A stretch of 61,736 bases of DNA, filler included, from Globobulimina sp. (Eukaryota), in assembly GCA_003354225.1 (NCBI GenBank). It is 18 parts of 18 records of this genome, joined end to end, with 100 filler letters (N's around TTAATTAATTAA, not from the genome) between each part and the next. Parts side by side here need not be neighbours in the genome. Positions count along the whole stretch, not along the records: positions 34,372 to 37,706 come from PIVH01003046.1; positions 37,807 to 41,141 come from PIVH01003047.1; positions 41,242 to 44,575 come from PIVH01003048.1; positions 44,676 to 48,008 come from PIVH01003049.1; 14 more parts are not named here. The stretch is one strand, 5' to 3'. A program made the translations under genes and the position numbers. Positions 34,689 to 47,061 of the stretch are shown piece after piece. Position 1 is the first letter of the stretch; the number at the start of each line of letters is the position of its first letter. The notes beneath the pieces were generated by a model. That model searched no databases, was not told where the DNA came from, and saw only the letters and a list, made by a program, of their open reading frames with translations.

Positions 34689-37432
34689 ATGGCTTTGAAT
34701 TTAATCGGTAGCATATCAAAGGCAAAGGCAACGGCATTACAAAAAGGGCTAAAAATTAGAGATTTAAATGATTGGTTAGATTCGACGTTATTATTATTTC
34801 CGGGCTATGCATGGAATGTAGAATTTAATAAGTCAGCGGATAGAGATTTAACTGTTGTTGTGAATGCCAATGCAACTATGATGGTGGGGATAGAATTTGA
34901 ATGTGTTACGGAGCTCTTTAGGGTATTATTCCCATCGTTCGATCCTAATATATTGAATGAGCAAACACGTAAACAAAAATTAGCGACGTTATTAACTATT
35001 TTGTTTAAAGAGGTATTAAGTTGTTTGGAGTTCAATGTGTTATTAACGTTGAGGGAATTATGGGATTCTTTGCATAAAAAAGTGGCGGAATATGTGCATA
35101 AGTCTTCCGATCAGGTATCATTTAAAGACGTGGATTACAGTCGTTTGTCGCAATATGGTTTGGTTGACGAGGAGGTGGAAACGGTGATTGAATTAAGGAG
35201 AGGTTTCTCCAAAGTAATGGAATCTTTGGCGATGGGTTTGGAGTCGAAGCAGTTGTATAAAGGGAATGCTTCAAAATTACAGCCAATTGATATTGGCAAA
35301 ATATTTCTAAATTCGGAATTGATGAGTTTTGCCGCCGCCTCGTTTCAGGCATTCCAAGGCGGAGTTATTGCACATTATGAAGCGTTTAAGGGACCAAAAC
35401 CCAAACCTCCCACACCCGTAAAAATTAGAAATGTTGTTAGAAGACGGGAAGAGGATAAAGAAGGAGATATAGGTAGTTCCGAGGAGGAAAAGAAGGAGGT
35501 AACGAGAATGGAGATTGATATTATGTTAAATGATGAGGAGTCTTTGGATAAGGATAACTCCGATAAATTAAAATCATATATTGACAAATTAGAAAAGCAG
35601 ATTAAAAAGAATAAAGAGAAAGAGTATCAAATGAATCCAATGGCAGAGATACAGAGTTATGCGAATAGTCGGGGTTTGGGGGTAAAAAATAATAAATATA
35701 AACCAACAACCGATGATATTGAACATTTGAAAAAAGTCTTTGGTCCCAAAGGATCAATGAGTGCGGTGAATGAATTAATGCTCGAAAGTACGAGTAATAT
35801 GTGGGATATTTTGAGGAAACCACATTTAACGCCTATTGATACAAGGAATGCGATGATACACATTGCAACGAGTATGTATCAAATACCCTTTTTAAATAAT
35901 TTTTTGTTTTTATATATATTTTCATTTTGTACCAAAACTCTTTCCCTGTCATACAATTAAAAAACTGTGTTTCCGTTGCGAGCGTGCATCGTGTTTGTAT
36001 GTTCATATTTGTTTTGTTTGTGATGTCTGATTGGTTGCATTATAAACATTTATTACGCGATAAATTTTATTAAAAAGTATTTTTTATCTGCACCACATAT
36101 GGAACTGTATGCTTTTAGTTAAATAAGTTTTTGTTGTAAAAAAGTAGTTATTTTTTATTTGTTTTGTATGTTTGTATATGGTGTTTGTATATTTTGTATG
36201 TTCAAATAGGAGAAATGTTAAATGAGAGAATTAATAAAAATGATGGATTAAACCTATTGAAACAAACAGAGTTAACAATAGCATTAAAAGAATATATACA
36301 TTTTTTAATATATGGTTATGGTGATCTTTTTTATTTGATTAAGTTTATGTGGGTTAATAATTGGAAAATTCATTTAAATTGGGGAGTAAATGTAAAATTA
36401 GCATTGAAGAAATTTATTAGTGCAAAAATCACGTTTAATACTTTGTGGTCGACGATTACGTTGAGAGCGATCGATACTTTATTATCATATTCGGAGAAAA
36501 ATGTGAAATATAATCGATTATATTCGTTAATCATTAGGAATATAAATGAAATGAGAGTGTTTATTACAACTCAGATATTTCCTATGATCAATGATAAAGG
36601 TATTAAGCCAACGAGATTCTGGCAATTAGCATCGATTGCTTTTTATGTAAATAAATGGAGAGATTATGAAGATGAAGGTATTATTAGTTGGAAATCATCC
36701 GAATTTACACATTCATGGAATCTGTACATCAATTCGGATGATAAGTTGTTATATGCCATTGAAAATCTGCCCGATGAATGTAAAATGTTATATGTTGGTA
36801 TGGAGAGTGGTTGGTTGAATTTGCAAAATGAAGATATAAACATGAAAAATGTTGGAGATAATGTTGGTGAAAAGTTTAAATTTGGTGATGGAGGAAGGAA
36901 TAAATCTGACGGTTTAAAGTGTTATAATTGTCAGGGACCACATTTTGCGAGAAATTGCCCAAAAAATATTAAAAAACACAATAAGAATTTGGTGAGAAAT
37001 AATAAGAAATTAAAGAGAAAATTGAGGCAACAGAATGAAAGAAATAATTATGAACCACCGTCGAATCAATCTCCATATAATCGAACTCCATATTTTTCAC
37101 CACCAAAGAGACCCAGATATGATTCCAATCAAAAAGGGAATTTTAATCAAAATAGAGGTGGTTTTGGAGCGCAGCGCAATACGGAGCCAAAGAGAGAAAG
37201 AAGAGGTGAAGACTTATATGAGTTGAATGATGGAAGTTATTTTATTAAAAAATGTTATTATGGAGACCCGGCGTGTTATTTTTGGAAGGAAAGGAGCCAA
37301 CGTTGTAATTTTAGGCATAATTTTTTATTATGTGGGTATCCACATTACTGTGAACGGTGTGGTTTAGCGAATGAACATACCGCTTATAATTGTCCTAATG
37401 CGCATGTAAAGCGATTTGCGGGTCGTGGATAA
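34689..37432 (+). CDS. Gag-like protein with CCHC knuckle and DIRS/Ngaro-type C-terminal Cys/His finger; intron 35872-36209
   Basis: CYNCQGPHFARNC and terminal CYFWK..CNF..CGYPHYCERCG..HTAYNCP. A GTATGT...TAG intron joins the two long ORFs in phase. Confidence 0.55.
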
Positions 37433-37806
37433 TAACAATATTTGATGATATAATATACATTTCTTAATACATTTAATATTGATGATATTATTAATATATT
37501 GATGATTGATACATGTACATATATTATGATTATTATTTTAGGTTTGGTTTTTTGTTCAAATATAATAATGATAAAATTTGTTGATATATTATTTGTTTGT
37601 ATTTATAATAAAATTGATAATAAATGTAATAGTTTAATTTATTAATAATAATCTATATAGAAATAAAGGGTATTTTAATTATGATTTTATTACTGCAGTA
37701 AACTTTNNNNNNNNNNNNNNNNNNNNNNNNNNNNNNNNNNNNNNNNNNNNTTAATTAATTAANNNNNNNNNNNNNNNNNNNNNNNNNNNNNNNNNNNNNN
37801 NNNNNN

Positions 37807-38159
37807 AATTATCATAATAGCAACACAAAAATGATGTGCAAACACAAATTTCAACCAGCTTTTTCTGAAATACTTCCATTTACTTAATAACATCACCAAA
37901 TCAGCCATATAACAGCCCCACATCATAGGTTTCCACCAATAACCATAGTCATCAAATATATAAAATAGTGTCATCGCAATATTATTAATTATGTCTCGAA
38001 TACAAGCAGTACTCGAATATAATATCATATGTTCAGCTTTCAATGAACAAATTACATTCTCGAAGACATGCTCAATCACTAAATGCGCACTCATGACACT
38101 CAATGTCGTTTTAAGTGAATCTTTCGCGTATTCAATATCTTCAAAAACATAAAATCCAT
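37807..38159 (-). CDS. TLC-domain-like membrane protein exon, partial
   Basis: GCYMADLVMLL...FVFAHHFCVAIM resembles the TLC Y..D...HH motif. Confidence 0.5.
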
Positions 38160-38684
38160 CTGCAAATACTATAATATTAATAAGTAATACTAATAATACA
38201 ATACTAATTCGAGTATAGCTAATTTTATGTTGATTTCCGACTGTTTCTGTGTTTTTTCGATAAACTATATTGACAGATAATTTGTGCAGAAATCAGATAC
38301 GTACAGTCACTGTGATGGCAGATGGCTGAATGGTTATAATTACCTTAATTAAATCGGATCTGTAAACGTAGATCGGAATAAAGGGGAATTATTGGTATGC
38401 TGACCGGTCAGATTTCTTCCATCACAATTCAGGTCATAATCAACCATGGCCTGACTGATATGCTGTTGACCATCAACAATGACCGTACGTTTCTGCAGAA
38501 AGTTACCTGGTTCGATATGGACAGATAATTCGATTGCTGTTTGGTCAGTATCTCTTGCAGATTTACAAGAGTCAATAGAAATATTAGAATCTCCAGACAC
38601 TGCTGGTGTTAAATCGAATGCCTTAAGTTCCATGAAGGAATAGGAAAATTTTGTAAATAAAAAACTTTTTTTCAAACCCTTACC

Positions 38685-40349
38685 ATGTCCCAACAAAAAG
38701 AGTTGTCAAACAGTCTGAGTACTGATTACATCATCATTGGAGGTGGCATAGCCGGGGTCACATGCTGCGAACAATTGATATCCATCCATAATCGACAAAA
38801 AACACATAAATCAATTGCATTAATTTCAGCTCATCCATTATTAAAAGCTGTCAGTAAATTGCAAAAAATATCTCAACATTTAATGGACATTGAAGTAACA
38901 GAATACTCCGCCGAACAATTCTTACATAAACACTCATCAAAAAATAACAAAAACACCAACAATTACATAAATCTTTCTATATTCACTGGCTATGTCATCG
39001 ACATCAATCCTTTACAAAAAACTATAAAATACACCAAAGCACAAAGCCAGCAAACAACAACAATCTCATACCACAAATGTCTGATCGCCACAGGTGGTTC
39101 GCCCAAGTTATTCCGCATCAAAAACAATAACCAAAAAAAACATAAATTAATCCATGTGTTACGCGACTCAGAAACAGTGGAAAACTTCTCGCACATAATA
39201 TCCTCATCCAATTGCAGTACAATTATGATCGTTGGCAATGGCGGCATATCAATGGAATTAGTTTACACTTTGTTGAAACATAACCGCTCAAACAATTGCA
39301 AGCTCAAAATCGTGTGGGTTATAAAGCATAATCATATCGGAAACACCTTTCTTGACCGAGCTTCAGCGGCCTTTTTAATTCCTGCCTTGTTTCCAGACCA
39401 AGACCCTGAAATTCACAAACATAGATTGCAAAACACTGAGAGCTATGCAAATATTTGTGTTTGCAATGATATGTCAGCAGCTGAGATGCTTGGCGGCGCT
39501 GTTGGACCTCGATGGGTTGGCAATTTGTCCCAAGCTTCGAAGCAGAAACCTCTTTGGATGGACCATATCGCACTTGAGATAGCTGATGACCACAAGATGG
39601 AAAATGAAAATGAAAAGAAAGTTGATAGCTTTCCAAATGAATTGGTATTGAAAATACAATGCGATGTGTCGAGTATTGAGGAATTCGAAGGTGATAAGAA
39701 TGACGAGCTGCGATTAAAGGTCATGTTGACAAATGGAGAAGTTTTGATTGTTGATCAGTTGTTATGTGCGATGGGCGTGATACCGAATACATCTTTTTGT
39801 GATTCGAAAGTGTTTAATAAGACAATTGATAACGAATTGATTGTGAATGAATATTTGCAAACAAGTATAAAAGATGTGTATTGTGCCGGGGATTGTTGTC
39901 GTGTGCAATTAAGTGATGAGGAGGAAATGGAAAATAATTGTTGGTTTCAAATGAAATTATGGTCGCAGTCGCAGAGGATGGGATTCATTGTGGCGCAGGC
40001 AATGAGTGCGAGGGATAAGGATGAAATTGAAAATAATATTCATCTGCTGTTTAATTTTGAGTTATTTGCACATATAACAAAGTTTTTTGGGAAGAAATGT
40101 GTGTTTTTGGGCAAATATAATACGGAAAAGGACGAGACATTGGGTGTGAATGTGTTGATGAGAGTTAAACCGAATGAAGAGTTTATAAAAGTTGTTGTTA
40201 GAAATGGAAGAGTTATCGGTGCGGTGTTGATTGGAGAAACTGAGTTGGAGGAAACATTTGAAAATTTGATTTTGAATAAAACAAATATCAGTTGTTATGG
40301 TGATGACTTCTTGAACTTTAATGTTGATTTAGAGGCCATGTTTGATTAA
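38685..40349 (+). CDS. PYROXD1: Pyridine nucleotide-disulfide oxidoreductase domain-containing protein 1
   Basis: GGGIAG, RDSETV, VGNGGISMELVY, GAVGPRW, WFQMKLWSQ, FELFAHITKFFG and GETELEETFENLILN motifs, complete ORF. Confidence 0.93.
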   Translation: MSQQKELSNSLSTDYIIIGGGIAGVTCCEQLISIHNRQKTHKSIALISAHPLLKAVSKLQKISQHLMDIEVTEYSAEQFLHKHSSKNNKNTNNYINLSIFTGYVIDINPLQKTIKYTKAQSQQTTTISYHKCLIATGGSPKLFRIKNNNQKKHKLIHVLRDSETVENFSHIISSSNCSTIMIVGNGGISMELVYTLLKHNRSNNCKLKIVWVIKHNHIGNTFLDRASAAFLIPALFPDQDPEIHKHRLQNTESYANICVCNDMSAAEMLGGAVGPRWVGNLSQASKQKPLWMDHIALEIADDHKMENENEKKVDSFPNELVLKIQCDVSSIEEFEGDKNDELRLKVMLTNGEVLIVDQLLCAMGVIPNTSFCDSKVFNKTIDNELIVNEYLQTSIKDVYCAGDCCRVQLSDEEEMENNCWFQMKLWSQSQRMGFIVAQAMSARDKDEIENNIHLLFNFELFAHITKFFGKKCVFLGKYNTEKDETLGVNVLMRVKPNEEFIKVVVRNGRVIGAVLIGETELEETFENLILNKTNISCYGDDFLNFNVDLEAMFD

Positions 40350-40436
40350 GATTTATTAGTGTTGGTGAAAAATAGTTGCTTAAAGTATAGTAATTATTAA
40401 ATTATAATTATGTATTTTATTCCAACGCGAATACAG

Positions 40437-41141
40437 TTAATTGAGTGAACAAATAAACCCATTTTCCAATCGTGAAAATCTCGATCCTGTGACAAAACTG
40501 ATAATAGGACTTCGGAACGGATTTACAACATATTTCGCGGTGAACCCGCCCATCTGATGCATTTTCAATAGTTTTTCTGTACATTTTATAGTATTACAAA
40601 AATGTTCTGTAAATACGGTTGGTAATTTATTTTTTGTGATATGTTGTAATGTCTGGAACCAACTACCTCCATAAACACACGCAGAAACACCGGCATTTAA
40701 ACCAATAACGATATCTGGTGTTCGATGCTCTTTTTGTTTTACATATTTTGTAATCTGCAGTGCTTCATAAGCAGTTTTATATACTTCAAATTGTATAAAT
40801 TCTGTTTTTTTTCCAATTCTGAAAATAATTTCTTTTTGTTGATGACGATATTTCTCCGATATTTCCTCTGCAGTTCCAAACAAATAGAAAAAGAAATTGT
40901 AACCAGGCAACAAACATAATAATTCTTTAAAATATGGCAGTAAATCTAATTCAACCTCCACCCCAATTAAATGAATGACAATATTTTTAACCCCACCAAA
41001 ATTAGGCCTTATCTGCAGACGTTGTGTCAACGCATAGTACACGGTCAAAATCCAACTCATCCAATGTGCGATCGGTGATTTAAATGAAATATTTCTCATT
41101 GTATGCCATTCTCGCCAGTCTGAAATAATTTTATCACATTT
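40437..41141 (-). CDS. MSS51/ZMYND15-like C-terminal domain protein, 5' partial
   Basis: IHLIGVEVEL, PDIVIGLNAG, PTVFTE, VNPFRSP and ENGF motifs in the expected order. Confidence 0.7.
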   Translation of the reverse strand, partial: KCDKIISDWREWHTMRNISFKSPIAHWMSWILTVYYALTQRLQIRPNFGGVKNIVIHLIGVEVELDLLPYFKELLCLLPGYNFFFYLFGTAEEISEKYRHQQKEIIFRIGKKTEFIQFEVYKTAYEALQITKYVKQKEHRTPDIVIGLNAGVSACVYGGSWFQTLQHITKNKLPTVFTEHFCNTIKCTEKLLKMHQMGGFTAKYVVNPFRSPIISFVTGSRFSRLENGFICSLN

Positions 41142-41242
41142 NNNNNNNNNNNNNNNNNNNNNNNNNNNNNNNNNNNNNNNNNNNNTTAATTAATTAANNN
41201 NNNNNNNNNNNNNNNNNNNNNNNNNNNNNNNNNNNNNNNNNA

Positions 41243-41539
41243 CCCGCACCGGCCACAGCCACGCCACTGCCAACCATTACCCCACTGCCCACAAGCACTC
41301 TCATCCCATCACCCACCGCCACCAGCACACCTCTGCCTACAAACACATCCACATCAACCCCAGTTCCTACCTTGACACCCATCCCGCCCACAGAAACCGC
41401 CACCGCAACAGACACACCATTACCTTTACCCACAAACACACCTACAGACACACCCACATCAACCCCGGATCTGCCTACCGTTACCCCAACGGAGACGGCA
41501 ACCCCAACTGAAACCCCAACGGAGACACCTACTCCCTAG
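41243..41539 (+). CDS. Bacterial Pro/Thr-rich C-terminal tail, 5' partial
   Basis: Translation [17 protein letters not shown]...[12 protein letters not shown], ending 9 bp before the M42 start codon (operon-like). This style is common in Chloroflexi/Anaerolineae proteins (inference). Confidence 0.7.
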   Translation, partial: PAPATATPLPTITPLPTSTLIPSPTATSTPLPTNTSTSTPVPTLTPIPPTETATATDTPLPLPTNTPTDTPTSTPDLPTVTPTETATPTETPTETPTP

Positions 41540-41548
41540 AGAACACCT

Positions 41549-41963
41549 ATGAACCTATTTAAGCACTTACAAACGTTAACCGAAACCCAAGCTCCTTCCG
41601 GCTTTGAGCATAAAATCGCGCCGGTCATTGAAGCGCTATGGGAATCCTATGTCGATGAAATCACGACCGACCGTGTGGGCAGCCTCATCGCTGTTAAACG
41701 GGGACAAGGCGACGAACCGCGTCCACGCATTCTCATTGCCGCCCACATGGACGAAATCGGACTGATGGTCTCAGAAGTTGTTGAGCATGACGGGCAAAGC
41801 TTCTTGCGCGTAACCAATCTGGGCGGCGTAGATATTCGTCAACTATATGCCCAGTTGGTAACAGTTCACGGCAAAAAAGATTATTCTGGCGTGATGGGAT
41901 GTTTACCCCCCGCCATGCTGCCCGAAGACCGCCGTAAGAAGCCATATGGCTATGAAGATTTGG
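41549..41963 (+). CDS. Bacterial M42 (FrvX/TET) aminopeptidase, N-terminal fragment
   Basis: APSGFE, DRVGSLIA, IAAHMDEIGLMV and LGGVD motifs. Similarity stops at YEDL, about 41963. Confidence 0.9.
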
Positions 41964-42015
41964 TCTCATTTGTTACGTTATTGCACCGCTCAGTTGTGCA
42001 TACTATTTTTTTCAG

Positions 42016-44575
42016 ATGTGGACAGCCGCCGAGTTTAATACGTAACGAAACCTCCCATATTTTAATATTTTCGCAACCTTCGATTGATGGAGCCAACGTA
42101 GAACACATCATCGCACCGTATCAAGCCTCTGCGTTTGATTGGCGATCAGAATTACCGGATAAATATGAGAGTTTAACCAATTTGAATTCTAACAGTAACA
42201 GGACAGAATCAGGGAACCCGGCAATGTCCAGAGCTGAACGAGAATTGAAAGAGTGGGAAGATGAAGAAAGAATATTTCAGAAAACTGCAGAACCGACAAG
42301 CATTGTGTTCAGAATTGATGAATATTGCACATCGGATCGCATTATGTTACGGCATGGATTGTCCAAAACAGTGACGTTGTACAGGATTCGCGATGATAAT
42401 TTTGGTTGCATGGCACCTGAATTGACATTAAATGTACGTGTATTGACCAGGAGAGGTACATTTATTGTGGAAGTGTTACACATTGCGCAGTCAAACAATA
42501 ATGTTGCATCAAATTATTCCAATACGAATGCTGCACAATCACGAAATGTAAAATCACTTGGTACCAAACGCAATTCTCGAACTAGACATCATTCACAAAC
42601 CAAACCACAGAAAGTTATGTTATGTTATATTATGTACAAATATTAATTTGCGATTTATATTTGTATACAGTTTGATGGCATGTCAGCCAAAATTGTATTG
42701 AATTCGTGCAGTATACGATTACAACAAGAACATGGTCGAGAAATTGAAGAAATGACAAATTTTTATTTACAACGACTAGTAATCGATTTTTCTAAACATA
42801 AACAAGAGCAGTTCCCAACACCTTTGTTATCACAACAGCAACAGTATCAATATAGACACCAATCTCAACAAAGCAGTATATCTTCCTTCCAACCTTACTC
42901 CCAACCTCATTCTACACATTTACACCCATCCTTCCCTCAATCACCCTCCTTGTCCTCATCCACCACGCCTCCACCTTTCACTTTGTATCCCTACAAATCG
43001 CCCACAAAATCGGACGAGAATGAAGATACTGATAACTTTGGCAATTTCCAACATTCCCCGGCATTGTACAATATAAATAACTTGCCGCCACCATCTGCCT
43101 CTGTATGTAGCCAGATTTCATTAAATATAAAGCTGGAGTCCTTTCAAGTGGACGACCAACAGTTGAAACCTGAATTTCCTGTCATTGCGTGCTTTGATCC
43201 GACGCACAGAAGAAACTTAAACCGATCCGGCCGAGATCCACGAATGATTATAGCGATTGTGTGGCAATCGCCATTGCAGATTAATTACACCAACAAAAGC
43301 TTGACGAATTCATACATGTTGAGACAATTTCAGCAGCAGAGACATGACTATTTTGCCTATCATCAGAAACAATATCAATCCAAAAATATAAAATATAGGA
43401 AATCCAGATCGAATAATACCAGCTGCAGCAATCCATTATCACCGAGTTATCAACATAAATATCAGGGACATATAAAGAATGAGCCAACGCAAATCAGCAA
43501 GAGTCCGGAGATTATTTATTTTGAACAAAGTATTGACTCAATCAGTAGCTTAGTACCCGCCTATGTTACGGAGGAGATATCGAATTTAAATAATGAGACT
43601 GAGATGTCAATGCAGGAAGAATCCAAAGAAGATAGCACCGAATCTAACGAGCTGTCCTCCAATGAAGCTACAAATAAAAACAAAATGTGGATGGTGGATG
43701 GCTTACAGAGTGATGCCGAACTTTCAGGGCAGGCATACCCTGATTTTAAATTGATTTCCATCTATCTGCATCCGTGCATTTTCAATACAACAGATGCGGC
43801 CATAATGAGTACACATTCGTTATTATATTCAGCAAAGCTGGTAAATGTACCAGATTTTGAGAGTCAGGAATTTCTGGATAAAGAAGTTGGTAATGTACCA
43901 TATGGATTATGTCAGACTCAGAATGGTAACAGCAAACACAAGGAAAGCGATAACAAAGATGAAAAGGAGGAGGTATTAGGCATTGATAAGGAATTTATAG
44001 CATTGATAAACAGTGTGACAGGTCCTCGATTATATATTCATTCCTGTAATATATTCGAGCTAACATTTAGATTAAGTGTGAGTTTTGGAGAGATCCCCGT
44101 ACATATTGGCGTACATAATTCACCCTTGGTATTGCAAGCCATATCCTTATCAGCGGTACAATGTGCAAAAGATCGCTTAATACATGAAATCTTCGCCATG
44201 TATTTGGCTGATTTGGCCTTCCAAACCCCTGCGTTATTGGGCTCATTAAATGTTTTTGGAAATCCAACCCAATTAATTGAGAATATTGGCATGGGATTTA
44301 ATAAATTTGTATCCATTCCGCGTGCATCATTGGCCGATGGCCCACAAGCATTTGTATGGGGTGCGGGCCGCGGATTTGTTGCTTTGTTGCAGCATGTATC
44401 GGAAGGGACATTTACGTCCTTATCTGGGTTTAGTGAGACCATAGCACGCAATTTGGAGAAATTGTCATCTGACGATCAATATAAACGCGCCAGACAAAGC
44501 ATGCGGAACAACCGCAATAACCCCGTGTTGTCCACGTACTTCGGCTCATTTTCGCACAGTGTCATGGCTGGCATA
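42016..44575 (+). CDS. VPS13B: VPS13-family lipid transfer protein C-terminal region (VPS13B-like); intron 42614-42670, partial
   Basis: FQVDDQ...FPVI, LGSLNVFGNPTQLIENIGMG...GPQAFVWGAGRG...HVSEGTFTSL...ARNLEKLS. Confidence 0.75.
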
Positions 44576-44963
44576 NNNNNNNNNNNNNNNNNNNNNNNNN
44601 NNNNNNNNNNNNNNNNNNNTTAATTAATTAANNNNNNNNNNNNNNNNNNNNNNNNNNNNNNNNNNNNNNNNNNNNCATCTCATTTGATTTAATAATATTG
44701 ACATTTTTGGTGGTTTCATCTCTATATTATAAAGGACGTAAAAACAAATTGGATTTATATCACATTGTAATATGGAATCTATCATTGCCTCAAGCATCGA
44801 TCTAATGGATACATTTACAATGGATACAATTGATTAATGTCAAATTAACGATGAAATGCTGAATAGCTAGAAACCAGGTCCACTGTTATAACATTACAGA
44901 ACAGCTTAAAATATTTCATAAAAGTATAAAATTAAAGTATCACACATCAAATACTAAAAAAAG

Positions 44964-47012
44964 TTAATGCAAACACTGAAAGATATTCCCTTCAAAAAAA
45001 GGCATTGTTTCATTCTCAAAAATAACAACCGATTGAACCATAAAATTGGATGAAAGATTATATGCATTACAGTATTGACTATTACATTGCTGATCACATT
45101 CATCGTCGATAAATTTATTCAATGTACAATTTATGAATTCATTCTCAACAAAACATGATCGGAATGTTTCTAACAAGTTCCAATGGCTTAACATTGCATT
45201 TAATAAATCATTTTGAGTGAATTTATTAATGTATCCATTGTAATCCATATTAATATCGGTCCAATCAATAATAAACGATCGACATTCACACTTATTATGA
45301 TTATTACTATCAAATGTAAATGGATATACTTTATATGAGCATTTATCATAAAATATTAATTCCGGATTGGTTTGCAATAAAACAATCTGTTCATTTGTTA
45401 ATGTTCCATTCATTGATTTTAACTTCTTCTCAGTGATACAATCACAAAATGCTTGTGTTACATGGAAATAACTTAAAACCGAAGTGAATACATATAAGCC
45501 ATAAAGAACAAACGATATAGATATTATAAATAAAAATAAGCGCTTTCTCCATCCAATTTGACATATTTCAGTTGTATCAGTTGTTTCTGTTAATATTTTG
45601 CTTATTTTATTGGATTTCGGTTCACTTATTGGTATTGTTTGCGGTTGTGTCCTTTTCCATTGTTTGTAGAAATCATTTCGCATTTTTTTCATTGAATATA
45701 CGGACATAAACAAACATTTGTTGCATGCTAAAAATAAAGGGATAAATATTGCAAACAACATTAAGTTACAATTTATATCAATTTCACCAAATAATAACAA
45801 TATATTATATGCGTTTTCATTATGATTATTATTAATATTATCTGCAATAATAATAACTGGGAATAGTACATAAAATATATCACAAATAATATCTATAAAG
45901 TATAGCAATGATTTAACTGTTCCATACTGACAATATTGAGGCGATGCTAAACAATATGACAGCCATAAAATACCACAAATAAAAGCATTCAAACATATAA
46001 TTATCACAAATAAAATAATAAGCGATGCTTTTTCAGCCAAGTAACTCTCATTCGTATCTAAAACATGATATCCATTATAAAATAATAAAGCAATGGACTG
46101 TAACATAAATGCAATAATTTCACTGCATAAAAATAACAATATCCAATCCATTTGTTTATAAAATGAACAACATACATTATATTGTTTAATCCTAATCTCT
46201 TGCACGGATTCTATAAATAACTCTGACTTTGTATGCAATTTATTCTGTTTTATATATAAAATATCCCGAATCATTGTGATCAGATTGTATAATATAATAA
46301 TTAATGCATAAACTGCAACACCTCCAAATAACATACATTCGATATTCATACCAAAAATATATTTCCATTCATAGTCATATGTGATGGTATTCTCATTACT
46401 AACATAACTCTCTTCCATTTCTACCATTGTCCAGCACATATTATCTGAATGTCCACTATCTGATATCTCGTGTGTCTCTTTAAAAATTGATATGTATGAA
46501 TTGTCATTCCCGAGAGGCTCTGGACATGGCTTAAAATCAATTGCTTCAATTTTAACTTCAATTAGTTGTCCAATGCAATATGCGCAGGATACAGAGAATA
46601 CAATCAATGTAAAAATAGAAACAATAAATCTGTTCCAAAAATAAAAGTTCGTCCATAATTGGTGCCATTTCTTATGATATGGTTGGTTAAAATGAGTAAT
46701 CGATGGTAGACGATTAAGGTCGATCGTTGTTGAATCACTAGAGATAAGATCGTGTTTTGATGCCCTTTTATTTGGTCTGTTGTTGAATTTTCTTGGTGCT
46801 ATGTTATGCAATTTATGTTCACCTAATGGAAGTTTCGCATATTGATATTGTTTTGATGGTCGCATAGATGGCAATGGTTCAGTTTCTTCATCAACAACGC
46901 TGACACTTTTTTGCAACAACACTTGCTCACAAATAAATTCCATCACTTTTGCAGTGCTTGGAGATAGTGTTGCAGATAACTGATATTCAAGCGGTTGGAT
47001 TTCCGTATACAT
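44964..47012 (-). CDS. Multi-pass membrane protein with C-terminal LNR/Notch-like Cys repeat
   Basis: About 7 hydrophobic helices, then CTLNKFIDDECDQQCNSQYC (LNR-like). The start and final exon are uncertain. Confidence 0.6.
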   Translation of the reverse strand: MYTEIQPLEYQLSATLSPSTAKVMEFICEQVLLQKSVSVVDEETEPLPSMRPSKQYQYAKLPLGEHKLHNIAPRKFNNRPNKRASKHDLISSDSTTIDLNRLPSITHFNQPYHKKWHQLWTNFYFWNRFIVSIFTLIVFSVSCAYCIGQLIEVKIEAIDFKPCPEPLGNDNSYISIFKETHEISDSGHSDNMCWTMVEMEESYVSNENTITYDYEWKYIFGMNIECMLFGGVAVYALIIILYNLITMIRDILYIKQNKLHTKSELFIESVQEIRIKQYNVCCSFYKQMDWILLFLCSEIIAFMLQSIALLFYNGYHVLDTNESYLAEKASLIILFVIIICLNAFICGILWLSYCLASPQYCQYGTVKSLLYFIDIICDIFYVLFPVIIIADNINNNHNENAYNILLLFGEIDINCNLMLFAIFIPLFLACNKCLFMSVYSMKKMRNDFYKQWKRTQPQTIPISEPKSNKISKILTETTDTTEICQIGWRKRLFLFIISISFVLYGLYVFTSVLSYFHVTQAFCDCITEKKLKSMNGTLTNEQIVLLQTNPELIFYDKCSYKVYPFTFDSNNHNKCECRSFIIDWTDINMDYNGYINKFTQNDLLNAMLSHWNLLETFRSCFVENEFINCTLNKFIDDECDQQCNSQYCNAYNLSSNFMVQSVVIFENETMPFFEGNIFQCLH

Positions 47013-47061
47013 TTTCGGTAATTTTAAATTAAAAAACCTCGAAGGTGTTTGCATGCGACAA

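Noticed and set aside
38232..38645. Unassigned segment with a 115-aa minus-strand ORF between the TLC exon and PYROXD1
   Set aside because: No recognisable motif. It may be another chimeric insert, but I cannot support a call.
41194..41457. VGVGV-rich minus-strand ORF
   Set aside because: Antisense of the Pro/Thr-rich bacterial tail.
41549..42646. M42 peptidase-VPS13 fusion protein or horizontal transfer
   Set aside because: The peptidase is cut before most catalytic residues and the junction falls in an intron-like tract; a chimera is simpler.
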